A stretch of 64,000 bases of DNA from Cytophagales bacterium (GCA_020627945.1 JAHDFW010000003.1:7599-71598); one strand, 5' to 3'; positions 10,528 through 20,674 are shown, counted from the stretch's first letter. The notes: generated by a model from the letters alone, not told the origin. A program made the numbers and translations.

Positions 10528-13500
10528 TTACTCCTTAATAAAGCTTACGTTCTTAGTAGAATTATCGTTCTTCAATTGTAAGTGATAAACACCAGAAGCT
10601 AAACCTGCAAGGTCAATTCTATAATTATTAGTTCCTTCGTTCATTACTTGTCTATCAGAATATACTAGTTTACCTAATGCATTGAAGACCATGATCGAAC
10701 TATTGCTACCTTTCTTAGCCGCGATATTCAACTCTACATAATTACGTGCAGGGTTAGGGAATAACTCAACTTCGAACTCCTTAGTTAATCTAACTTCGAT
10801 AACGTTAGTTGGGTAACCAACTCCATCCTCGTTAACTACAGTTAATCTATAGTAAGAAACTCCAGAGTAAGGTTTAGAATCGATGTAGTCATAATCATAA
10901 GTAGTAAGAGTAGTACCATGACCATCTACTTTACCAATATCCTCCCAATCCTTGTTGTTCTTAGAACGTTGAACGATAAAGTGATCATTCTCATTCTCTG
11001 TTACAGTTCTCCAATCAAGGAATACCGCTTCATTTCTAGTTACACCATTGAATGATAACATATCAACAGCAAGTGGCAATACTGGACCAGTTGCAATTGC
11101 GAACTGAGAGAATCCAGAATAACCAGTTCTACTCGCCACTGCTAAAGTTCCCATAATACCAGCACCTGGTTGATCTAAACTTGATTCAATTACCCATGGC
11201 GCAGCTGTAGGATATGGTGAACTTCCATCTCCGAAAGTGAACACCTTATCACGCTTAACTGCTGTAATAAATGGAGCATCTGGTTCATTATAGTAACGCC
11301 CTTGCAACACTACATTATAAGTTGCTGTACCTGCATCAGGCACTACTGTCCAACTACCATCCTCAGTACTAGAAGTGTGATTAAGCCCATCTCCTGTATT
11401 AGAACCATTATCTAAAATATTTGTTAAACCAAGACCAATTAAAGCTCCAAGCCCTGCAGAATCTTGAGCCGTATTTACATCAAATCTTGCAGTAATATCG
11501 GTCATACCTCCAGATACAGCAGACAAATCCTGTATCGTAAGTATTTGCATAGAAGTATCATATCCTCCAGGCATGTTACCTACTGGATAATCATATGAGT
11601 TACCTGCAACCACAGCTCTTTTAAGGTTACCATTAATATAACAACCTGGGTTAGCTGCGCTGTACTCAATTGCATTTGCATCTGAGTTTCTTACATCAAC
11701 AGTTTTAGTGTTAGTAGCACCCCATTCCATATCAAGTATACCGTTTATCAATCTAAGGCGATCCAATACAACTATGTCTTGATCAGTTGCCGCAGCTGCA
11801 GCAACATATACACGAGCGTCAGCGGCAAATTCATTATCAATTCCTAAATCCCAGAAGAAACCTTCAGCAGCCGCTCTAATACGAACTAATTGCGGAGATG
11901 CAGTTCCCACAAAATTAACTCTACCATGGTTTGTAGCAGCGTAATCATACATCTCTAGTCTACCAGCTTGAATCCAGTTACCACATACATCAAGTGTTGA
12001 TTTAGCATCCATAAATTTCAAGATAGCTGGACCTCCTGCATTTCTCAATATAGAGATTTGTCTACAAGAAGCATTTCTTAATCCATTATAGAACGCTATT
12101 TCACAAGTATTACCTGCAACGATTACTGCATTAGTGTTACATGAAGGTACACAATTTGCAGGAACAACACTCGCTGCTGTTTCAGTCCAGTTTGCTCCAT
12201 CAAACCAATCATGATTACCTGTTAAATCTTTAAAGTACAGGATAGACGTTGAACTAGTTACACAAGCTTCCACTCTAGTAGCTGGTAATGTTTCATCACA
12301 AGATCCAACTTGTGCTGTTACATAATAATCCAAACAAGTACCAGCTGTATCCAAACATGCATCATAAGTAACACCAAGACCAGATTGTGCTAAAGAATCA
12401 TCACTCGTCGCAGCATCATGATACCAATTATAAGTAGTTCCAAATACTGGCTCACTAATACCCAGCGTAATACAACCACTTGCACAAGCCGCAATGTCTG
12501 GTACAACAGGTGTATAATATAAACCATGGTGTTCAACAGAATCTCTAGTTAAACTTGGGCAACCATTTACATCAATTGCTTGAACGTAATACCAAGTATC
12601 TCCTAACAATGTGCTATCTACCTGATAAGAACCAGTCCCAGAACCTAAAAGAGTTCCTCCTGTATTAGCATCATACCATTCATACGTAAACCCAGGTTGA
12701 GGAGTTGCTACATATAGTGTATCAATACCTCCTACACAGTTTGTATCAACTGGTATCGTAGGTGGTGCAACAGGGTTAGCAAAGATGTCTGAGTTGAAGA
12801 ACACAGTATCTAACGGACCACAACATTCTGAAGTAATAACCAACTTAATTGTAAAACGTAAAGTAGTTGTTGTTGAATTAACAAAACTGATATCAGTAGT
12901 AGATGCAGTATCAAACGCAATTGTTGAAGTACCTCCAGTTGGGTCTTGAACGAACCACATGTAAGTATAACCTGGAGTACCTGCGTCAGAAGATGCAAAA
13001 GAGTAAGTACCAGGACAAACATCAGAAGAACCTAAGATTGGTCCAGCAACAGATGCATCTACCTGCATATTAATGAACCCACAGTAATCTACATCTGAAG
13101 TAAGAGTCTTTCTTCCTAAATCACCTAAAGTATAATCAATTTCAATTGGGCTACCAGATAAACTTCCTGATACAATGTTAGCACCATCTAAGTTAGTCCA
13201 GTTAGCACCAGCATTAGTTAAAGTAATATCAGTTGTTGTACATGAGAAGTTATCTACAGTTACAAGCGCGTAACCACTAATTGCATCACTTGACCCTGAT
13301 TCAGAAGAACCACCGTCTTGTGTAAACAGCATACCTGCTCCACCACCAGTACCACCTGTTGCATACATTTCACTACAATCTACAGTACCTCCACCATTAT
13401 CTGGCGCGTAAACCGAGAATGCATCACCAGGACCTCCACAACCAGAAAACACTGTTGCTGAACATGGCGAACCTTCTCCAATACAAATACTAAAAGTTTC

Positions 13501-14583
13501 TGTACAGAATGAACTACCTGCATCATCCGTTTCAGAACCAAAGTATAAAATACCACCACCTGTCAAATCTACTGAAGCAGCTGGTAAAACATAGTTATAT
13601 GGCGGTGTATCATCCGCTGTACCACAAAATAACTCTACAGGTGATGTACAAGTAAGGTTCGTTACTAAAATATCTGGATTACTTTCTAAACCTATCCATC
13701 TATCAATTTCAATATACACATCTTCAGTTGTAGCTGGTAAAACATATGAAGAACGATAAGTAATACCTAAACACGTTCCTGCACCACCAGTTACAGTATA
13801 CATAGTAGAATAAAAACAGTTATCAGGATACATTTGACCATAATTAACTACGGCATCAGTTGTAGAACAAGCTCCAGTACCTCCATTGTTACCGTTAACT
13901 GTTGGGAAAGCCCAGTTAGCTTGATCAGATACTGGAGGAGCACAATCCCACTCAGTAACACTCCATAAATCCAACCAACATTCTCCAGAAGTAGGTCCCC
14001 CTGCAACAATACCTGTTTCATGTAAACCAACGAATCTAGTTTGAGTTGCTCCACCACCTAAATCAGCAGCAGTTGGTGCCCAAACAGCTTGCCATAAACC
14101 ATAAGCATCTGGCTCAATATTAGTAGTCTGCATATGAACCACAGCTGTACCTGTTCCCGGAGTATCAAACTCATCCCAATCTCCATCTGGGTTATTACCT
14201 GTAGCAGGAATAGATGACATTGTAAAATCCGCAGCTGCCGAGTTATCAGATGCATAAATCTCAAACAAGTAAAATTTACCTGCTGTGAATGTTACTGCAG
14301 GTGATGTCGCGTTATACTCTAAATAACGATCACCTCCTTGTTTAACTGCAACACAATGCAAATTTTGCACTAACGAAAACGGGTTTGAGTTATCAATTGT
14401 AACTGTACCTCTGTTAACCGTGATTACTGGCAATGGACCGTTTAATGGTGCATTAGAGGTAGTTCCAGTTCCTTCACTGGCCTCAAAATCCGTTTTATAA
14501 ATAATGGTCTGAGACATTGCTGTCGTGGATGCTAAAGCGAATAGCATCAAACCACTTACTATTTTGGTAAAATTTATTTTCAT
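10528..14583 (-). CDS. Large secreted multidomain protein (Ig-like, Cys-containing repeats; FN3-like domain) with T9SS type A C-terminal sorting domain
   Basis: Start set at MKINFTKIVSGLMLFALASTTAMSQ, which is a signal peptide. The 23 upstream track residues begin with TTG and that frame hits a stop at 14665-14667. The C-terminus is LFPNPARNYVELNI ... GVYHLQLKN ... VSFIKE. Confidence 0.8.
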   Translation of the reverse strand: MKINFTKIVSGLMLFALASTTAMSQTIIYKTDFEASEGTGTTSNAPLNGPLPVITVNRGTVTIDNSNPFSLVQNLHCVAVKQGGDRYLEYNATSPAVTFTAGKFYLFEIYASDNSAAADFTMSSIPATGNNPDGDWDEFDTPGTGTAVVHMQTTNIEPDAYGLWQAVWAPTAADLGGGATQTRFVGLHETGIVAGGPTSGECWLDLWSVTEWDCAPPVSDQANWAFPTVNGNNGGTGACSTTDAVVNYGQMYPDNCFYSTMYTVTGGAGTCLGITYRSSYVLPATTEDVYIEIDRWIGLESNPDILVTNLTCTSPVELFCGTADDTPPYNYVLPAASVDLTGGGILYFGSETDDAGSSFCTETFSICIGEGSPCSATVFSGCGGPGDAFSVYAPDNGGGTVDCSEMYATGGTGGGAGMLFTQDGGSSESGSSDAISGYALVTVDNFSCTTTDITLTNAGANWTNLDGANIVSGSLSGSPIEIDYTLGDLGRKTLTSDVDYCGFINMQVDASVAGPILGSSDVCPGTYSFASSDAGTPGYTYMWFVQDPTGGTSTIAFDTASTTDISFVNSTTTTLRFTIKLVITSECCGPLDTVFFNSDIFANPVAPPTIPVDTNCVGGIDTLYVATPQPGFTYEWYDANTGGTLLGSGTGSYQVDSTLLGDTWYYVQAIDVNGCPSLTRDSVEHHGLYYTPVVPDIAACASGCITLGISEPVFGTTYNWYHDAATSDDSLAQSGLGVTYDACLDTAGTCLDYYVTAQVGSCDETLPATRVEACVTSSTSILYFKDLTGNHDWFDGANWTETAASVVPANCVPSCNTNAVIVAGNTCEIAFYNGLRNASCRQISILRNAGGPAILKFMDAKSTLDVCGNWIQAGRLEMYDYAATNHGRVNFVGTASPQLVRIRAAAEGFFWDLGIDNEFAADARVYVAAAAATDQDIVVLDRLRLINGILDMEWGATNTKTVDVRNSDANAIEYSAANPGCYINGNLKRAVVAGNSYDYPVGNMPGGYDTSMQILTIQDLSAVSGGMTDITARFDVNTAQDSAGLGALIGLGLTNILDNGSNTGDGLNHTSSTEDGSWTVVPDAGTATYNVVLQGRYYNEPDAPFITAVKRDKVFTFGDGSSPYPTAAPWVIESSLDQPGAGIMGTLAVASRTGYSGFSQFAIATGPVLPLAVDMLSFNGVTRNEAVFLDWRTVTENENDHFIVQRSKNNKDWEDIGKVDGHGTTLTTYDYDYIDSKPYSGVSYYRLTVVNEDGVGYPTNVIEVRLTKEFEVELFPNPARNYVELNIAAKKGSNSSIMVFNALGKLVYSDRQVMNEGTNNYRIDLAGLASGVYHLQLKNDNSTKNVSFIKE

Positions 14584-14613
14584 AATTCTATAAATTTCTA
14601 ACTTCTTAATAAT

Positions 14614-14621
14614 CAAACCTA
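14614..14621 (-). promoter_or_regulatory. Candidate internal -7 box (TAGGTTTG on the - strand) in the 40-nt gap between the two large - strand genes
   Basis: The + strand reads CAAACCTA, 31 nt upstream of the 14583 start and immediately after the upstream stop codon (14624-14626). Confidence 0.25.
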
Positions 14622-14623
14622 AT

Positions 14624-17600
14624 TTATTCTGCAGCTGCAACACCACCATCAATATAACAACGAATTATATCATAATTGGTACACCCCGAACCTAAGTTGA
14701 TACCATAGTTGTTCTTTTGTGAACTAACTGCGTGTCCAGCAGGAGCACCTGTTTCAGAACCACCAGGCATTACAATTTTCAAATCTTGGAATCTAAATGC
14801 TTCGGAACCACCAACTACTTTAAACATACTGTAATCAGTACCAGCAACATTTCCATCATCAGCAGTAACATTACTTCTTATAAATCTAGATCCATTACCA
14901 TCACTCATATCAGAAGACTTAGTAGTAAATGTAGCGTCATAACCACCTTCGATAGTTACAAAACCATTCACCCATAAGAACTTATCATAGTTGTAATCAC
15001 CAACCGCACACTTAATAACTGTACTCGTACAAAGAGCTCTTGCTAATGCACTATCTAAAGTAGTTGGTTGATCTTTAGTAAGACCACTGTTAGCACCAAC
15101 TCCAGAAGGAGACACATAAAGTACTTCACAAACTGTTGCAGTAGCTCCTCCAGCAATATTTATTGTAGCATTTGCAGTATTACCTAAACATCCTTCTGGA
15201 ACAGAAGCAACAACTGTGTAAGCTCCGTCAGGTAGATTAACTGTATCTTTCCAACCAAGTGATCCATCGTTTACTGAACCTGCACTCCAAGAGTGAGTAC
15301 ATGTTTGACAAGGCAATCCATTGATTGTTGTAGTTGCGATCAGATCAGTTGTACCTGAACAAATCGTTACGTTATTAGGATCAACAGACGTTACAATTTC
15401 CTCTACAACTTGTACACCAATCGAAGTCTCTCTTAAACATCCTGCGTAATCAGATGTGATAATGTATACTGTAGTCTCAGTTGGGTTTACTGTAAACACA
15501 CCTGTTGTATTTACCTGACCTCCAGGATTAAGTATATAAACCTCGTTTGCTGGCAAACCTGTAGCCGTAATTGTCACCTCTTCACCAGGAGTACAAGCAA
15601 ATGACTTACTAGTAGTTAACTGAAGCTTAGCAATTACGTACTCTATGTCAATATAACCTCCTTCACCAATTATATTACCACACTTATCTGCCAATACTGG
15701 AGATGGGTTAATTGTAACTCTATAATTACCAGATGGAAGAGAACCATCATGCCATAACCAAATTTCGTTAGTCGTTTGTCCAACTTCACCTGTACAACCT
15801 ACACCAGTAGCACTATCAAAAGCAGCTGTATAGTTAAGGTTATCATCATTGTTGAAGATATCAAAATCAGCTAAGTCAATAGATGCACACTGAATTGGCT
15901 CATCTGTGAAAACCACAATTGCATTTTGACCACAAGCAGACTCTCCTCTCCACAATAATGGAGGGATAGTATCAAATACCGATGCTCCAGTAAATGTAAT
16001 AGTAAATCCTTCGTTATCCGCTGTATAGTTATCAACGAATAGAGCAAATGTCTCACCAGCCGTAACATCAAGACCATTCATAATCTTGTTACATCCAGGT
16101 GTTCCTGGCTCTTCCTCAGGAATTGTAGCGTTTGAAGTAGCTACATCCATACCAGTGTTACCAGTAGTACCACAGAAGTTACAACGATCTGGAACAGCAC
16201 CAGGGATACCGTCACAACCATCTTGAGAAATGTTATACAATGCGAAGTCATAATCATTTGCAGTTGCAATATCAAATCCAAATGCACCTGAAGTTTGCAC
16301 CGTAAATATAAACCATAGTGAATTAGACTCATTTACACCGATACAAGTGTTACCAAGTAATTCTTGAGTAAGACCAGGACCTATGTAAGATTCTGTTTGA
16401 GTATACGTTGCGTTACAAATCGCAATACCACCAGAACAATCTTGCTCTGGTCCAGTCAATATACCTGGAGGAATATTACCCTCTTTTAAACAGATATCGA
16501 AATCACCTGTTTCAAGTGGATCTGAACCTACCGCTAAATAATAATTAAGTGTATCAGACAATCTGTCGAAAACATACGTTCCACTATCAGGGTGTTGACA
16601 TTCTGAACCATAAAGTAAACCATAAGTCAAGATAGAATCACATGATCCTGGAGCTGACTTAGGCACACCGATTAACATCAAGTCAACCTCACCAGTAAAT
16701 GTATGGTTACTTATGTTTATTTCCACCATGTTGTTTGCTGTAGAAGCAAGACCGAAACGATACCATACTGTACTGTTACCGGCATTGAAACATCCACCGA
16801 AGGTTTCCGCACGATTCGCACAATTGTTAGTCTGACTAGTTAAACACGTACTATCCGTAGGGATAATCTGAGAAGAACACAAGCTATCATTAGCAGGTGC
16901 ACCACCAGCAAAACATGGATCAACTGATTGATTTAAACAGATATCGAAGTTACCTTCATTACCTGCTTCTGTAGATACTAAGATATAGTACTTAGCAGTT
17001 GAATCTAAACCTCTTAAATTAATTGTATCATTTGTTGCGTTAATACATTCATTGTACACCCAAGCAACAAGCGTGTCACAAGCAGAACCTTCAATAATAC
17101 CAACTCTCAACGTATCATCAGTTACTGTAGTATTAGTAAAGATGATCTCAGCATCGGAAGCATTTCCTGTCAAATCAAACTCATACCATACAGAGTTAGA
17201 GTTTGCATCAATACAACCAATTGTATAATCAGGGAAAGAACATTGGTTCGTTTCACCAGTCAAACAAGCTTGATTAGTTCCTGCAAAGTCTAAAACAGTA
17301 GCATTACAAATACTATCATTAGAAGCTGGAGCTGCAACACATGGATCGAACGACTGCTCAATACATAATCTAAAATCTCCTTGGCTACCTGCAGGTGTAG
17401 AAACCATTAAGTAATAAGTAGTATCAGCTAACAACTGAGTTAAATTAAAAGTATCTGTGTTAGCATTTCCACAATCAGACCATACGAAAGTTGGGTTAGC
17501 GCAAACACTATCCAAAACCATCATTCCAACCTGACCACCTAAGAAAGTGTTTGTATCAAAGCTAATAGCAACTTGGTTGTTTGGTGCTGTTAATGTGAAT

Positions 17601-19942
17601 GTATACCATACTGACATAGAACCAGCAGCAATACAGTTTCCATCTGTATAATCTGCAGTTGCACAAGAGTCAGTTTGTAATGTCGCTTGACAAGCATCCA
17701 TAGTTAATGCAACTGCACTACAAATATCATCATTTGCAGGAGCACCACCTACACAAGCACTTCCAGTTGGAGTAAGACACACATCATAAGTTCCTACATC
17801 CAAAGTAGCTGATCCAATACCAATATAGTATACAGAATCAACTGGAAGGTTATTAAAGTTATATATACCAATAGCTCCACATTCTGCACCAAATGCAGTT
17901 GGATTATTAGGGTATTGACCTACAACAATAATTTCAAAATCACCTCCACTTGAAGAGTTACTTAATGTCAAATCAAAACCATCTTGAAGGTTAGTTAAGT
18001 CTACTGTGTACCACATCATGTGATCTCCTGTAACACATCCACTAGCATAAAAACCGTCTGCAGTAGAACAGGTATTATCTCCAGCTGTAATAGTAGGACA
18101 AGTTGTTAAAGAAACCGCAAATTGAATAGAGTCATTTGGAGGAGGTGTACAACAAGCGGTACAAGGACCACCACAATCTACACCCGTCTCAGCTCCATCC
18201 TGAACTCCGTTTGCACACTTAGTAGCACATGCTTGACATACACCACCACAGTCAATAGAAGTTTCATCTTGGTTTAATATACCATCAAAACAACTTGGAC
18301 CAGCAGTACAAGTATAAGGAATCATTGCTCCAGGACCACACTCGTTAGAAGCAAAACTACCTCCTGAATGACCTACATGAGCTACTTCATCATCCCAAGC
18401 TGCAGAACCAGGAGCAGTACCATTTCTATCCATAACGAATAAACCACCATTAGTAGCGTTCGCATCGATAGTTACATTCTGAAAACCATTTGTTAATGAC
18501 CAATACATGATATCAGATGTTAGAGCAAAGTGACCCAATTGGTGACCGTGTCCAACTTCGTGCATTGCTACACTCTTAAAATCATATTCTGCAGCAGCAG
18601 GAGGACCAGCTGTAAAGTTCCAGTTCTGTCCTGCATCAAATTTAATATCTAAATCACTTACATACCAAGAAAGTCCACTAGCACCGTAGCATCCTGAGTA
18701 ATAAGAATAACATGTTCCAAGCACACCACTTGGTAACGCACAAGTGTTATCAAAAGAAACAATATTTACACCATCTCCCGAAGCTTGACAAGCTACCGTA
18801 GATTGAGTAGCAGCAGTATCCCAGTTAATTCCAGTAGCAGCAGTCCACTCACAAAGTGATTCTCCAAATCTTGCTACAGCATCTTTATTCGAGTAAAAGT
18901 TTGTACTGTACGTCCAAGTATAACCACCAATAGAATTGGTATTCACCATATCAGCAGCATTCTCAACACCTCCACTACCAATGTTCGAAACATTATAAGG
19001 AACTATAATTGGCACAGTAGACGAACCTGTTGTTGCATGTCTTACCTGCACCTGACCAGTTGTTGCACCACTAGGAACCAAACAGATAATTTCTGTATCC
19101 GTCCAAGTAGTAATTAATCCAGCAGGACAGTTAATTGTAGTAGCACCACCATCATCAGCGTTAGGGAATCTTAACTCTCCTTGGTTGGCTCCAAAACCTG
19201 TACCAGTAATTCTAATTTCAGTATAAGTACCCGCAGAAGCAACATTACCACCACCTGCTGTATTAGTAAGCGCTGTAATATTAACTACTCTTTGACCTGC
19301 ACCAGTTTGCTTAATGTAATCGTCAGCAACAAAAGACTTAACTTCAAAGAACCCTCTGTTAGTTACGTTACTCACTTTAATATAAAGATCGTTCACTACA
19401 TCATTATAAGAATCAAACACTCCAACAGCTTTGCGTTGGTAACGATCGTAGTTTACGTATCCCTGAGCAGAACCGTACGCCTCGTATATTGTTTCATTCT
19501 TTGGAATTGGGTTGTAAACCGCCTTCCCTCCATAAATAGACTTAACAGCCTTAGCATGGAAGTTAGGATCGTAATCTTTCAACACAACACCTGACATTTT
19601 AGTAGAGAACATCCCTACTTCACCTGGAACTAATTCCAATGAAGGAGAAACTCTCATCATTTTGTCTCCTACAACACCACCTTGTGTAACAACACTTATG
19701 ACATTTGTATTCAACACTCCTTTAAACACTTTGTAAACTTCAATTTTGTTTACTGTGTAAATAACGCTCTTGTCATGATTCCAATAAGATTTCTGCGCTA
19801 GAATCTTACCTTCCACGACTAAGTCAGAATTAGACACCCTTTCTTGTAGTGAGACCGGGGTCATCATACAACTTTGTGCTTGAGCAATAATTGACATTGA
19901 TAGAATGGCACACCCCATCAATATAGCTTTCAACGATCTCAT
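14624..19942 (-). CDS. Very large secreted metzincin-like zinc metalloprotease with IPT/TIG-like domain, Cys-rich mini-modules, four tandem jelly-roll-like modules, Ig-like domains and a short beta-helix-like tail; no recognisable T9SS CTD
   Basis: Signal peptide MRSLKAILMGCAILSMSIIAQAQS; the start could be 19942 or 19966. It carries the zinc motif HEVGHGHQLGH followed by a Met-turn-like SDIMYW. The C-terminus ...IRCYIDGGVAAAE lacks the PNP-containing CTD seen in four other proteins in this window. Confidence 0.75.
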   Translation of the reverse strand: MRSLKAILMGCAILSMSIIAQAQSCMMTPVSLQERVSNSDLVVEGKILAQKSYWNHDKSVIYTVNKIEVYKVFKGVLNTNVISVVTQGGVVGDKMMRVSPSLELVPGEVGMFSTKMSGVVLKDYDPNFHAKAVKSIYGGKAVYNPIPKNETIYEAYGSAQGYVNYDRYQRKAVGVFDSYNDVVNDLYIKVSNVTNRGFFEVKSFVADDYIKQTGAGQRVVNITALTNTAGGGNVASAGTYTEIRITGTGFGANQGELRFPNADDGGATTINCPAGLITTWTDTEIICLVPSGATTGQVQVRHATTGSSTVPIIVPYNVSNIGSGGVENAADMVNTNSIGGYTWTYSTNFYSNKDAVARFGESLCEWTAATGINWDTAATQSTVACQASGDGVNIVSFDNTCALPSGVLGTCYSYYSGCYGASGLSWYVSDLDIKFDAGQNWNFTAGPPAAAEYDFKSVAMHEVGHGHQLGHFALTSDIMYWSLTNGFQNVTIDANATNGGLFVMDRNGTAPGSAAWDDEVAHVGHSGGSFASNECGPGAMIPYTCTAGPSCFDGILNQDETSIDCGGVCQACATKCANGVQDGAETGVDCGGPCTACCTPPPNDSIQFAVSLTTCPTITAGDNTCSTADGFYASGCVTGDHMMWYTVDLTNLQDGFDLTLSNSSSGGDFEIIVVGQYPNNPTAFGAECGAIGIYNFNNLPVDSVYYIGIGSATLDVGTYDVCLTPTGSACVGGAPANDDICSAVALTMDACQATLQTDSCATADYTDGNCIAAGSMSVWYTFTLTAPNNQVAISFDTNTFLGGQVGMMVLDSVCANPTFVWSDCGNANTDTFNLTQLLADTTYYLMVSTPAGSQGDFRLCIEQSFDPCVAAPASNDSICNATVLDFAGTNQACLTGETNQCSFPDYTIGCIDANSNSVWYEFDLTGNASDAEIIFTNTTVTDDTLRVGIIEGSACDTLVAWVYNECINATNDTINLRGLDSTAKYYILVSTEAGNEGNFDICLNQSVDPCFAGGAPANDSLCSSQIIPTDSTCLTSQTNNCANRAETFGGCFNAGNSTVWYRFGLASTANNMVEINISNHTFTGEVDLMLIGVPKSAPGSCDSILTYGLLYGSECQHPDSGTYVFDRLSDTLNYYLAVGSDPLETGDFDICLKEGNIPPGILTGPEQDCSGGIAICNATYTQTESYIGPGLTQELLGNTCIGVNESNSLWFIFTVQTSGAFGFDIATANDYDFALYNISQDGCDGIPGAVPDRCNFCGTTGNTGMDVATSNATIPEEEPGTPGCNKIMNGLDVTAGETFALFVDNYTADNEGFTITFTGASVFDTIPPLLWRGESACGQNAIVVFTDEPIQCASIDLADFDIFNNDDNLNYTAAFDSATGVGCTGEVGQTTNEIWLWHDGSLPSGNYRVTINPSPVLADKCGNIIGEGGYIDIEYVIAKLQLTTSKSFACTPGEEVTITATGLPANEVYILNPGGQVNTTGVFTVNPTETTVYIITSDYAGCLRETSIGVQVVEEIVTSVDPNNVTICSGTTDLIATTTINGLPCQTCTHSWSAGSVNDGSLGWKDTVNLPDGAYTVVASVPEGCLGNTANATINIAGGATATVCEVLYVSPSGVGANSGLTKDQPTTLDSALARALCTSTVIKCAVGDYNYDKFLWVNGFVTIEGGYDATFTTKSSDMSDGNGSRFIRSNVTADDGNVAGTDYSMFKVVGGSEAFRFQDLKIVMPGGSETGAPAGHAVSSQKNNYGINLGSGCTNYDIIRCYIDGGVAAAE
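16478..18145 (-). repeat. Four tandem coding modules of about 139 aa each (ND-x-C ... VWY-x-F ... YY-x-x-V ... G-x-F-x-x-C pattern)
   Basis: Module boundaries were read from the translation: PPPNDSIQF..., GAPANDDICSAV..., APASNDSICNAT..., GAPANDSLCSSQ.... Each module ends in Dx(C)L/I-x-Q/P. The Cys, Trp and Tyr positions are shared across modules. Confidence 0.7.
18530..18562 (-). other. Zinc-binding motif HEVGHGHQLGH (HExxHxxxxxH) of the 1772-aa protein
   Basis: Read directly from the reverse complement: cac gaa gtt gga cac ggt cac caa ttg ggt cac. These are residues 469-479 counted from the 19966 start. Confidence 0.8.
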
Positions 19943-20046
19943 AGTTTTAAAGTAATTATGATTCATATTATAGTTCGTAAATATTATATAAACTCGCTTT
20001 AAGTAAGCAAGTCAAAAAATCAGATTAATTTGTTTGTATTGTTATA

Positions 20047-20391
20047 CTAGTTCGTACCTAAAGTTGGGTCTGCAACCAATTGCTTATCTTCCTGCTTCAC
20101 AGGCTCCCCTACTGGAGAAAGATAAGAAATCTTACCTTGTGTAGTTCTCTTGTCGTTCTGAAACAGCATCCCCTCCTTAGAAGGTTGTGCTTGTTCCACA
20201 ACTACGGAACTTCCCACTTCGATAATCGAATAATTGGTATACTCTACTTTTTTCGATTCTTCTTGCATAGCATTCACTTCTGCAGCTCCAATCTTTTCAG
20301 GAGCCGAAGCAGCCTTATCAGATTGAGCATTCAAGTGCAACCCTAAGAGTAAGAATACAATACCAAACGTTAATTTTTTTAATGTAGCCAT
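20047..20391 (-). CDS. Small secreted protein of unknown function, first gene of the - strand secreted-protein unit
   Basis: Signal peptide MATLKKLTFGIVFLLLGLHLNAQS. Alternative starts are at 20400 and 20418. I recognised no motif. It ends 80-104 nt upstream of the metzincin gene. Confidence 0.5.
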   Translation of the reverse strand: MATLKKLTFGIVFLLLGLHLNAQSDKAASAPEKIGAAEVNAMQEESKKVEYTNYSIIEVGSSVVVEQAQPSKEGMLFQNDKRTTQGKISYLSPVGEPVKQEDKQLVADPTLGTN

Positions 20392-20442
20392 GTCGTCCAT
20401 TTTAAAACTGTTTTGCAATAAAATCTAAATTCAGGTCAATTA

Positions 20443-20450
20443 CAAATGTA
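20443..20450 (-). promoter_or_regulatory. Candidate -7 box (TACATTTG on the - strand) for the small secreted protein / metzincin unit
   Basis: The + strand reads CAAATGTA, 25 nt upstream of 20418. Confidence 0.35.
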
Positions 20451-20674
20451 TAAAGTCCTTTTTTTAAAGTCTTGGATTATTTAAATATTTAATTGAATTA
20501 TTGAGTGCTATTTTAGCATTAGCCGTTCGCTAATAAATACTTCCGTAATCCTTAACTTCTTGTTATTTGCCTTCGTATATACTGGGGGTCAGAAAAAGGT
20601 AACCCAATATTTCACATTTTTTCCAGATTTTTCAAAATTCAACCTTATCACCCTTTACATGTAATAAAAAATAG

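Noticed and set aside
14584-14667. Possibility that the 1772-aa and 1351-aa - strand ORFs are two halves of one frameshifted pseudogene.
   Set aside because: The downstream ORF begins with a good signal peptide. Its frame is closed by a stop at 14665-14667 just upstream of the track start, and a -7-like box lies in the gap. The missing CTD of the upstream protein is reported as a finding instead.
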